20,874 nucleotides of DNA from Gemmatimonadales bacterium (GTDB taxonomy: Bacteria; Gemmatimonadota; Gemmatimonadetes; Gemmatimonadales; GWC2-71-9): assembly GCA_041577295.1 (NCBI GenBank), contig JBFGJG010000062.1, positions 1-20,874 of the forward strand, given 5' to 3'. Shown piece after piece: positions 7,472 to 15,575 of the stretch (position 1 is the first letter of the stretch; each line of letters opens with the position of its first letter). The position numbers were made by a program, and so were the translations under genes. The notes beneath the pieces are model-generated. The model had not been told where the DNA came from. It did not search any database and saw only the letters and a program-made list of their open reading frames with translations.

Positions 7472-8821
7472 CTAGCTCTTGATCGATTGTGACGCTGGGT
7501 CCCAGCGAACGGGGGCCTGGCGGAAAAACGACTGGTTTGCCATATGGCACGCGTTGGCCGCATGGTTCCCAAAGACCGCATCCTGCACGACAGGCTCGCG
7601 TGACTTCACAGCCTCAAAGAAGCCCCAGAGATGGGGTGTCAACTCGTCCCAGTCCTGTCCGTGATACACCGTCGATCCGTCCACGGGCTCCTTACCGGGT
7701 TCAGGACCGTGTTCGGCTTGCCACTGCTGGAAGTATTCCTCCCGCATCTCGCTCGGGAATCCGTACGCGTAGTAGCTCGGCGATCGGTCCACTCCCACCT
7801 GCGGTATATGGGTGAGGGTCTGGCCCGTCGCTTCGAGCATCCCTTTCGGTCCCATGAATCGGGTGATCTCGGGTGTCTCCGTGCCAAGGCCAAGGCGAAC
7901 GAACACCGGTACGCCGTGATAGTCGAACAGCACCGCATGGATGTCCGGCATGTTGCGGCCGTCCTTCCAGCGCACGATCCCGCCCAGCGCCTGGGCCGAT
8001 CGCGGCGTCTCGCTCCATCCGAGCGTATAGAGCATCCCGGAGATCAGATGCACCATGAGGTCACCGGCGACACCCGTACCGTATTCTCTCCAGCATCGCC
8101 ACCGCGCGAAGTGGTGAGGATTGAACGGGATTTTGGGGGCGGAACCCAACCAGGTATCCCAGTCCAGGTTTCGCGGTGAGAGGTCGAAGGGGGGCGGATA
8201 CTGCCAGGCGCCTGTAGGGGAGTTGCGGCCGAGCGACAGCTCGATCATCGAGACCTCACCGATCGCACCCTGCCCGTACAGCTCCCGGGCCTTGGCACAC
8301 AGCGCGGCGCTCGTGCGCTGAGAGCCCACCTGAACGATCCGGCCATATCGCCGCGCTGCCGCCACCATCTCCACGCCCCCGGCCACCGAGTGTGACATCG
8401 GCTTTTCACAATAGACGTCCTTGCCCGCGCTGAGCGCATCCACGACGGTTTGGTGATGATGGTGGTCGGGTACTGCAACGATGACACAGTCGATGTCCTG
8501 CCGATCGAGTACATCCTGATAACGGCGGGTGGTGGGAAGGCTCGAATCGCCAACGATCTCTTTGGCAAGGGTGTGCCTGCCATCGTACAGATCGGCCGCC
8601 GCGACGCACTCATGGCCGAGCGTCAGAGCGGTTTCAAGCAAACCGGAACCCTGCATGCCCACACCAATCATCCCGAACCGCACGCGATCAGTCGCCTGCA
8701 TACGAACGGGCGAAGCCACGGCTGGGTGCGGGCCGAGGAGTATCGATTCGCCCGCGAGAACACCTCCCGCAGCCACGACACCCGATTGTAAAAACGCGCG
8801 ACGAGAAAGCTGATTGCTCAT
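7472..8821 (-). CDS. Tat-exported Gfo/Idh/MocA family oxidoreductase (449 aa)
   Basis: Twin-arginine signal SRRAFLQ with hydrophobic core and AVA cleavage region. Motifs IGVGMQG, PDHHH, YCEKP, VQVGSQ and GDLMVH. Confidence 0.9.
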   Translation of the reverse strand: MSNQLSRRAFLQSGVVAAGGVLAGESILLGPHPAVASPVRMQATDRVRFGMIGVGMQGSGLLETALTLGHECVAAADLYDGRHTLAKEIVGDSSLPTTRRYQDVLDRQDIDCVIVAVPDHHHHQTVVDALSAGKDVYCEKPMSHSVAGGVEMVAAARRYGRIVQVGSQRTSAALCAKARELYGQGAIGEVSMIELSLGRNSPTGAWQYPPPFDLSPRNLDWDTWLGSAPKIPFNPHHFARWRCWREYGTGVAGDLMVHLISGMLYTLGWSETPRSAQALGGIVRWKDGRNMPDIHAVLFDYHGVPVFVRLGLGTETPEITRFMGPKGMLEATGQTLTHIPQVGVDRSPSYYAYGFPSEMREEYFQQWQAEHGPEPGKEPVDGSTVYHGQDWDELTPHLWGFFEAVKSREPVVQDAVFGNHAANACHMANQSFFRQAPVRWDPASQSIKS

Positions 8822-8866
8822 TTGCAAGACCTCGATCTCAGGTTACCGCATCGCTTCAGATCACGA

Positions 8867-9946
8867 TCACGTTCGCCACAGCTTGTATGGTTTGTCGACG
8901 TCGGTCTCGAAGGGCAACATCACCTTCTTCCCGGTACCCGCCGATTCGTACGCAGCAAGGATGACCTCGAGAACGGCTTTCCCGTCTTCTCCAGTGAGCA
9001 TCGGCTCCTCGTCATGCTTCACGCAATGAACGAAGTACTGAAGCTCTTGGGGAAAGCCGTAATTCCACATCTCGTCATACATGACAAAACTCCATCCAGC
9101 AGTACTCCCGGCCTTCTCGACGGCGTAGCCAACACCCTTGGCGCTGTAGGTCTGGATGGAGCTCCCTTGCAGCAGATCCGCGTACGCCACTCCCTCTGAG
9201 CCGTGAATCTCCGCCCGATCGTCCATACCGCCGAGCTTTGTCCAGCTTTCCTCGGCGAGCGCGATGACGCCGTTCTCGAACTCGAGAATGATGATTGCGT
9301 TATCGTCTCCCTTCGTCTTTGCCGCGTGCACACCCGTGCTCATCTGTGCGTAGACAGATTTGATGGGGTTCCTATTGTTCAGCCAACGAAAGAACGCTAT
9401 TGCGTGGCAGCCCATGTCCATCGTCACTCCCCCGCCCGATCGTTCCACATCCCAAAAATGTTCAGCATGTGGACCATCGTGTTTTTCGGATTGCTTGAAC
9501 AGTACCGGCTTTCCCAACACACCCTCATCCAGGAGTGACTTCAACCGCACGTACTTTGGTGCGAAACACAATTCCTCGGCATACATCAGTTTGACCTTGG
9601 CCCGTTTGCACGCGTCGATCATCCGGCTCGCCTCGGCCAGATTCATGCAGAGTGGCTTTTCGACGACGACGTGCTTGCCCGCCTCGGCTGCCCTCAGCGT
9701 GATTTCACAATGAAGGAAATTTGGTGCGCCGACGATGACCATGTCGACGTCGTCCACATCCATCATCTGGTCCAACTCGGTGAAATGGTTGGGGATGTCG
9801 TACTTCTTTGCGAACGCGCGAGCATTCCCCTTGGTAGGTGACATCACCGCCACGACTGCGGCGTCCGGAACCGATCGCAGCGACTCGGCATGAATGGTGG
9901 AGATGAACTGCGAGCCAACGAGGCCCACGCCTACCCTGTCCTTCAC
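8867..9946 (-). CDS. Cytoplasmic Gfo/Idh/MocA family oxidoreductase (359 aa)
   Basis: Motifs VGLVGSQFIS (atypical Rossmann), PNFLH, GKHVVVEKP and SGGGVTMDMGCH. No signal peptide. GTG start. Confidence 0.9.
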   Translation of the reverse strand: MKDRVGVGLVGSQFISTIHAESLRSVPDAAVVAVMSPTKGNARAFAKKYDIPNHFTELDQMMDVDDVDMVIVGAPNFLHCEITLRAAEAGKHVVVEKPLCMNLAEASRMIDACKRAKVKLMYAEELCFAPKYVRLKSLLDEGVLGKPVLFKQSEKHDGPHAEHFWDVERSGGGVTMDMGCHAIAFFRWLNNRNPIKSVYAQMSTGVHAAKTKGDDNAIIILEFENGVIALAEESWTKLGGMDDRAEIHGSEGVAYADLLQGSSIQTYSAKGVGYAVEKAGSTAGWSFVMYDEMWNYGFPQELQYFVHCVKHDEEPMLTGEDGKAVLEVILAAYESAGTGKKVMLPFETDVDKPYKLWRT

Positions 9947-9973
9947 GTCACAACTGCCAGGCGTTCGAAGGCA

Positions 9974-10669
9974 TTACTCGTGGCCCCCGGAAGGTCGTAG
10001 TGGCCTATAGCTAACCTCCTTGAAATAGACCGTGTCCTCAGCCCCGTGATTTTGGAGGCCCACATAGCCCGATGTTGGCCTCGGACCCCTGTCTGGTTCG
10101 TAGTCGCGCGCCTTCGGCGGCACGGCATCACCTTCGCGAAAGTCGGTGACCATGACGCCATTTACGTGGACAATCGTACGGTCGCCATCGAGCGTGATCT
10201 CCATGACATTCCAGTCGTCCGGCTTGCCCGGTGACGCCTTTGCCTTTGTGAGCGAGTAGAGCACGCCAGTCCTGTGGTATTCATCTTCCCGGTCATTGAT
10301 CTGAACTTCGTACCCGCGATGGACCGGCATCCACGGTTCGGTTGGCGGTTCCGGAATCCGAATGAACACCCCTGCATTGCTGTGCGACGCCCCTCTATAC
10401 ACGACGCGCAATGTCACATCGTGAAATTTCCGGCCGGTAAACCAGAGGAGGCCCATACCGCCCTGGGTCTTGAGCAAGCCAGTCTCGATCGTAAAACCAC
10501 CCTCCCCCACATGAGCCCAGCCTTCCAGATCACGCCCATTGAAGAGTGGCGTCCACTCTTGCGCTTGGTGGGACTCGGAAACCGGGTCTCCTCTATTTGC
10601 GTGAAGGGCGATGGGACCTAACAGCAGCGGGAGCGTGAGCGAAAAGAGAGGGATGTTGTGTCTCGTCAT
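9974..10669 (-). CDS. DUF1080 (3-keto-disaccharide hydrolase/lyase) domain protein, secreted (231 aa)
   Basis: Motifs WTPLFNGRDLEGW, NAGVFIR, GYEVQI, WNVMEI, VNGVMV and GYVGLQNHG...VYFKEV. Hydrophobic N-terminal signal. AGGAG RBS upstream. Confidence 0.88.
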   Translation of the reverse strand: MTRHNIPLFSLTLPLLLGPIALHANRGDPVSESHQAQEWTPLFNGRDLEGWAHVGEGGFTIETGLLKTQGGMGLLWFTGRKFHDVTLRVVYRGASHSNAGVFIRIPEPPTEPWMPVHRGYEVQINDREDEYHRTGVLYSLTKAKASPGKPDDWNVMEITLDGDRTIVHVNGVMVTDFREGDAVPPKARDYEPDRGPRPTSGYVGLQNHGAEDTVYFKEVSYRPLRPSGGHE

Positions 10670-10738
10670 GGGGCTCCTAACCGAGCGGTTCGCGCGAATG
10701 GATAGTGAAGAGCTCTAGCCTGCAATGGAAAGCGCACG

Positions 10739-11521
10739 TCACGAGGGTGGCGCGGCAGGTTTTGCGTTATAGATGAAGTCGTAGTAGTCACGCAACTCCA
10801 GCTTGCTCGCGGCATCCTCGTCAACCAGTACCTTGACGTCTGCGTGCCACTGGATAGCACTAGCAGTAATCATGCTGGTAACAGGTCCTTCTACGGCTTT
10901 GGCGATGGCATCTGCTTTTGCCTTCCCGCTCGCGAGGAGAATCAGCTTGCGGGCTTCCAGAATCGTCCCCACGCCCATCGTGATGGCGTACACGGGAACG
11001 TCCTCTCGCCGGTCGAAAAACCGGGCGTTGTCATCGATCGTCTGCTTCGAAAGCGTTTTCAAGCGGGTTCGCGAGCTCAAGGAGCTGGCCGGTTCGTTGA
11101 ACGCGATGTGTCCGTCGGTGCCGATGCCCAGGATCTGGAGATCGATACCGCCGCACTCGGCGATTCGTTCTTCATACCAGGCACAGAACGCCGGGTAGTT
11201 GCTCGTCGAACCTGACGGAATGTTGATGTTCTGCGGTGGGATGTTCACGTGCTTAAAAAAATGCTCGTGCATGAAGTAGTGATAGCTCTGCGGATGATCC
11301 ACCGCGAGGCCAACGTATTCGTCCAGATTGAAGGTGGTCACATGAGAAAAGTCGACCTTTGACTCCTGGTGAAGCCGGACCAGCTCCTTGTACAGCCCGA
11401 GCGGGGTCGATCCGGTGGCCATGCCGAGCACCGCGTTGGGTTTCGCGTTGAGCACATCGAGAACGAGTAAGGCCGCCTGGCGGCTTAGCTCGTCATAATC
11501 CTTATAGATGATCACTTCCAT
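10739..11521 (-). CDS. nagB: Glucosamine-6-phosphate deaminase (260 aa)
   Basis: Motifs LGMATGSTP, TFNLDEYVGL, HPQSY, GIGTDGHIAFNEP and AITMGVGTI. ATG 11521 preceded by AGAGGG. Confidence 0.96.
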   Translation of the reverse strand: MEVIIYKDYDELSRQAALLVLDVLNAKPNAVLGMATGSTPLGLYKELVRLHQESKVDFSHVTTFNLDEYVGLAVDHPQSYHYFMHEHFFKHVNIPPQNINIPSGSTSNYPAFCAWYEERIAECGGIDLQILGIGTDGHIAFNEPASSLSSRTRLKTLSKQTIDDNARFFDRREDVPVYAITMGVGTILEARKLILLASGKAKADAIAKAVEGPVTSMITASAIQWHADVKVLVDEDAASKLELRDYYDFIYNAKPAAPPS

Positions 11522-11841
11522 GGCACCCCTCTGTTCAGTAGTGGCCCACCCTCCCCTTCGTCCACGGAATACCATTATGCGGGTGTGGTGCGACCACGGC
11601 TAGCGCGCATCATTCGAAGGTTACGGACCACGCCCCACCCTCGCCCCCTATCCACCCTAAATCGTTCCACCACCAGCACTTGGCTTGTTGGCCGATCCTT
11701 CTCCGACCCCGTCCACACCCCGGCCCCACCGGTTTCCCCCTACCCCACCGATGAGCCGGAACCGCCCGCTCCTGCGCTTTACTCGGGTGAAGGCAGGACG
11801 GGTTTCAGATTGACCTAGCATCGGCGAAAAGGAGAGGAATC

Positions 11842-12399
11842 ATGCCTGCGACCAAGACCATCGACAACGGCGTAAACGTCGGCGCGCTGCTCGAAGCACG
11901 CGAGGCACTGTCTCAAGCACCCGAGGCCGCGCAGTTCACCTGGCGGGCCCAGAACGAGTGGGTGCGGGGGACGCACAGTAAGACGACCGTGGAGGGGTTC
12001 TTTGGACTGGGCGAGGAGCAGAGGCACCGTACCCAGTTCAAGTTCGACGCGGACCATCCGGAGCTGTTCGCATCCGAGGATCATGGGGCGACACCGGTCG
12101 AGATCGTGCTGGCGGGTTTGGCCAGCTGCCTCACCGCCGGCATCGCCGCGGTCGCTCAGAATCGGCAGATCCAGCTTCGTTCCGTGAAGGCGACCCTCGA
12201 GGGATCGATGGATCTCTACGGCATCCTCGGCATCGACAGCGACGTACGGAATGGGTTCAGCGGCATCAAGGTCAGCTACGAGATCGATGCCGATGCCACT
12301 CCTGATGAGATCAAGGCGGTCGTCGCGCAGTCTCAGAAGCGCTCCGCCGTCTTCGACATCATCACGAATCCCACGAACGTCTCCGTCGAGGTGAACTGA
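11842..12399 (+). CDS. OsmC/Ohr-like protein, single-cysteine type (185 aa)
   Basis: Strong RBS AAGGAGAGG. Motif DHPELFASEDHGATPVEIVLAGLASCL and C-terminal SQKRSAVFDIITNP. Confidence 0.88.
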   Translation: MPATKTIDNGVNVGALLEAREALSQAPEAAQFTWRAQNEWVRGTHSKTTVEGFFGLGEEQRHRTQFKFDADHPELFASEDHGATPVEIVLAGLASCLTAGIAAVAQNRQIQLRSVKATLEGSMDLYGILGIDSDVRNGFSGIKVSYEIDADATPDEIKAVVAQSQKRSAVFDIITNPTNVSVEVN

Positions 12400-12427
12400 C
12401 CTCGCCGCGGATATGAGGATGGGATCC

Positions 12428-13711
12428 ATGCGCACCACGACCGTAGTCATCGGGGCCGGCCACGCCGGATTGGCCATGAGCCGTTGCCTCGCCGATCGTT
12501 CGATCGACCATGTGGTCCTCGAGCGTGGTGAGGTGGCGAACTCGTGGAAGACCGAGCGGTGGGACTCGCTCCGGCTCTTGACGCCCAATTGGCAGAGCCG
12601 GCTTCCGGGCTACGGGTACGTGGGTGACGATCCCGGCGGATTCCGTACGATGCCGGAGACGATCGATTTCATCGAGCGCTATGCCGAGGTCGTCTCCGTT
12701 CCGGTCCGCACCAATACTGTCGTTACGTCGGTGCGCCGGACCGATGATGGCTACACAGTACTCACAAACCGGGGCGAATGGCGGTGCCGCACCGTCGTCT
12801 TGGCCACCGGCGCCTGCAACATCGCCAACGTGCCAGCGCTCGCGACGGAGCTGCCATCAGGCATCGGGACGCTCACACCGCTCCAGTACCGCAACCCTGA
12901 CCAGATCGAGCAGGGTGGCGTGCTCGTGGTGGGAGCCTCTGCCAGCGGTACGCAGATCGCGGAGGAGATTCACCGGTCCGGCCGCCCCGTGACGCTCTCG
13001 GTGGGAGAACACGTGCGAGTGCCGCGCGTCTACCGCGGCCGAGACATCAAGTGGTGGATGGATGCCGTCGGCGTGCTCGATGAGTTTTACACCGATGTCG
13101 ACAGCATCGAGCGTGTGCGCAACGTCCCGTCCCTGCAACTCGCCGGGTCGGACGACCGGCGCAACGTCGATCTCAATGCGCTAACTGACATCGGTGTCAA
13201 GCTCGTCGGTCGTCTCGCTGGTATGCGCGACGGGAAGGCACAGTTTTCGGGATCGCTTACGAACCTGTGCCAGATGGCGGACCTCAAGATGAACCGGTTG
13301 CTCGACCGGATCGATGAGTGGGTGGCCGAATACATGGGCGATGGCGAAGTCGCTCCATCACACCGGTTCGAACCCACACGGGTCGAGGCGTCGCCGCCGC
13401 TCGGGATGGACCTCACCAAGGGTGACATCAAGACCGTCATCTGGGCTACCGGGTACCGGCCCGACTATTCCTGGCTCGATGTCCCAGTTTTCGATCGGAA
13501 GGGGCGCCTCAGTCACGATGGCGGTGTGGTCGACTCGCCGGGCATGTACCTGATGGGCATTCCATTCTTGCGTCGTCGGAAGTCCAGCCTCATCGACGGT
13601 GCGGCCGAGGACGCGCGTGACTTGAGCGCGCACCTCGCGGCCTACCTGGATGGGCGAAGCATGCAGGCGAGTGCCCGTCAAGACCTGCCCAGGTTGCGGA
13701 GCGTGGCATGA
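12428..13711 (+). CDS. Flavin-containing monooxygenase-like NAD(P)/FAD oxidoreductase (class B / CzcO-ArsO-like, 427 aa)
   Basis: FAD motif VIGAGHAGL, then RWDSLRLLTP, LATG, second dinucleotide motif VVGASASG and WATGY. GAGGA RBS 8 nt before ATG 12428 (alternative start 12413). Confidence 0.85.
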   Translation: MRTTTVVIGAGHAGLAMSRCLADRSIDHVVLERGEVANSWKTERWDSLRLLTPNWQSRLPGYGYVGDDPGGFRTMPETIDFIERYAEVVSVPVRTNTVVTSVRRTDDGYTVLTNRGEWRCRTVVLATGACNIANVPALATELPSGIGTLTPLQYRNPDQIEQGGVLVVGASASGTQIAEEIHRSGRPVTLSVGEHVRVPRVYRGRDIKWWMDAVGVLDEFYTDVDSIERVRNVPSLQLAGSDDRRNVDLNALTDIGVKLVGRLAGMRDGKAQFSGSLTNLCQMADLKMNRLLDRIDEWVAEYMGDGEVAPSHRFEPTRVEASPPLGMDLTKGDIKTVIWATGYRPDYSWLDVPVFDRKGRLSHDGGVVDSPGMYLMGIPFLRRRKSSLIDGAAEDARDLSAHLAAYLDGRSMQASARQDLPRLRSVA

Positions 13712-14931
13712 ATCGCTCCGCATCGTCCAGTCGGCTCTCACCGATCGCGCGCGATCGTTACGACGTCGTCATCGCTGGCGCCCGTTGCGCGGGGGCGTCC
13801 ACCGCGATGCTCCTGGCACGCCAGGGGCTGCGTGTTCTCGTCGTGGACCCGATGCGCCGCGGCAGTGACACCCTGTCTACGCACGCGCTCATGCGTGCTG
13901 GTGTGCTACAGCTGCACCGCTGGGACATCCTGGACGCCGTTCGAGCGGCCGGAACGCCTTCGATCCGCACGACCGCGTTCCACTACGGTGACGAGTCTAT
14001 CGCAATCCCCATCAAGGAAAGGGATGGCGTGGACGCTTTGTATGCGCCGCGTCGAACGGTGCTCGACTCGATCTTGCTGGACGGTGCCGAGAAAGCGGGC
14101 GCAGAGGTACTGCTCGGCTACTCGCTGACCGATGCGCTACGCGGCCGTGAGGGTCGGGTGGTAGGTGCTACGATCGCGGGCCCTGACCGAAGGTCGTTCG
14201 ACGTGACCGCCGAACTGGTCATCGGGGCGGACGGGATTCGGTCTCGCGTCGCGCAGCTGGTGGGAGCCGAGATCGAGGAGCAAGCGGAGCACGCGACCGC
14301 CTCCATCTACAGCTATCGGCGCAACCTCGGTCTGGAGGGATTCCACTGGTTTTACGCGCTCGGTGCCTCCGTGGGAGCAATCCCTACTAATGACGGCGAT
14401 ACCTGTGTCTTCGCCTCGCTCCCGCCTGCGCGCTTCGAAGGAAATCGGAAAAAAGGACTGGACGCACTCTACCGCGACGTCCTCCGAGACGTTTCGCCGA
14501 TGCTAGCGGAACGAGTGGCTGCCTCGGAAGTCTCCGGGAAGCTCAGGGCGTTCCCTGGCGTTCGCGGTTTCCTTCGGCGCGCGGCGGGACCGGGGTGGGC
14601 GCTCGTGGGGGATGCCGGCTACTTCAAGGATCCCCTTACGGCGCATGGAATCACCGATGCGTTGCGTGACGCGGAGCTGCTCGCCCGGGCCGTCCTCGGC
14701 GGGAGTGACGCTGCGTTGGTCCAATATCAATCCACGCGTGACGAGCTCGTAAAAGGCTTGTTTCACGTCACCGATCACATCGCGTCGTTCGAGTGGGACC
14801 TCGACGAAGTAAAGGTGCACCACCTCGCGCTCAGCAAGGAGATGAACGCCGAGGTGGATATGGTGCTGGCGCTGGATGACGAGTTGGTCACGGCGCCGGC
14901 CGTGAGCGAGGGACGCCCCAACGCTGCTTGA
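13708..14931 (+). CDS. FAD-dependent monooxygenase/oxidoreductase (class A / geranylgeranyl reductase-like, 407 aa)
   Basis: Motifs YDVVIAGARCAG, IGADG (DG motif) and LVGDAGYFKDPLTAHGI (GD motif). ATGA overlap with the upstream stop. Confidence 0.85.
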   Translation: MNRSASSSRLSPIARDRYDVVIAGARCAGASTAMLLARQGLRVLVVDPMRRGSDTLSTHALMRAGVLQLHRWDILDAVRAAGTPSIRTTAFHYGDESIAIPIKERDGVDALYAPRRTVLDSILLDGAEKAGAEVLLGYSLTDALRGREGRVVGATIAGPDRRSFDVTAELVIGADGIRSRVAQLVGAEIEEQAEHATASIYSYRRNLGLEGFHWFYALGASVGAIPTNDGDTCVFASLPPARFEGNRKKGLDALYRDVLRDVSPMLAERVAASEVSGKLRAFPGVRGFLRRAAGPGWALVGDAGYFKDPLTAHGITDALRDAELLARAVLGGSDAALVQYQSTRDELVKGLFHVTDHIASFEWDLDEVKVHHLALSKEMNAEVDMVLALDDELVTAPAVSEGRPNAA

Positions 14932-14988
14932 CTCAACCTCCGGCACGTTCGTCCTGAGGTATTCCACCGCTGCGAACGATCGAGCACG

Positions 14989-15486
14989 CTACCAAGGTGC
15001 CGGCTGACCCTCCACCCTGCGAAACGTACCGCTACGGGCTTCCGGCCAATCGCTCGGCCATTCCATATGAAGGGTTTCTCCTTCGAACCTGAACGTGTAC
15101 GTCTCAGCGTTCTCCGGCCAGCCACCCATGTAGTTCGGGTCTTTTGCCACGTAAGCTCTCGTGGTGAGTTGGTTGCCGTTCACCTCGTAGCGCCCTGAGT
15201 TGGCGGTGAACGACCGGTACGCTGCGATGATCTCCGCGTCGGTCATTCCTTCGTCACCATACTGCGCTCGTGGGTCGACGCTATTCGCGTACATCATGCT
15301 GTAGTGCGTGCCGGTGAAGATGATCAACCCCGGTTGAGCCTGCTCAATCGCCGACCCGTCCACTACCCAGCTGGTGGCCACCCATGCGCCATCGAAGGGG
15401 TTGCTGCTGCTCGGACCGGCTCGCCACGCAATGGTCACTGTCCCCAGAACGGCGAGCGTGGCGGTGATGCCAAGGATGCGACGCAT
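14989..15486 (-). CDS. Secreted lipocalin-like domain protein (165 aa)
   Basis: AGGAGG RBS before ATG 15486. Signal peptide MRRILGITATLAVLGTVTIAW. Lipocalin-type GxW (FDGAWVATSW) and FTANSGRYEVNGNQLT. Confidence 0.65.
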   Translation of the reverse strand: MRRILGITATLAVLGTVTIAWRAGPSSSNPFDGAWVATSWVVDGSAIEQAQPGLIIFTGTHYSMMYANSVDPRAQYGDEGMTDAEIIAAYRSFTANSGRYEVNGNQLTTRAYVAKDPNYMGGWPENAETYTFRFEGETLHMEWPSDWPEARSGTFRRVEGQPAPW

Positions 15487-15575
15487 GGAGCCTCCTAGGT
15501 GGGGTAACGACGTGGCGGGGATGTCATAGGATGCAGCCGGGTGCCCGGGTTGTCCACTGCATGACCCTTTGTCTG

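Noticed and set aside
8867..11521. Somewhat lower GC suggesting horizontal acquisition
   Set aside because: Only a modest difference in a few hand-counted lines, and no integrase, tRNA or flanking direct repeats. Needs a sliding-window computation.
11815..12588. 257-aa minus-strand ORF
   Set aside because: Antisense shadow of osmC and the flavoprotein start.
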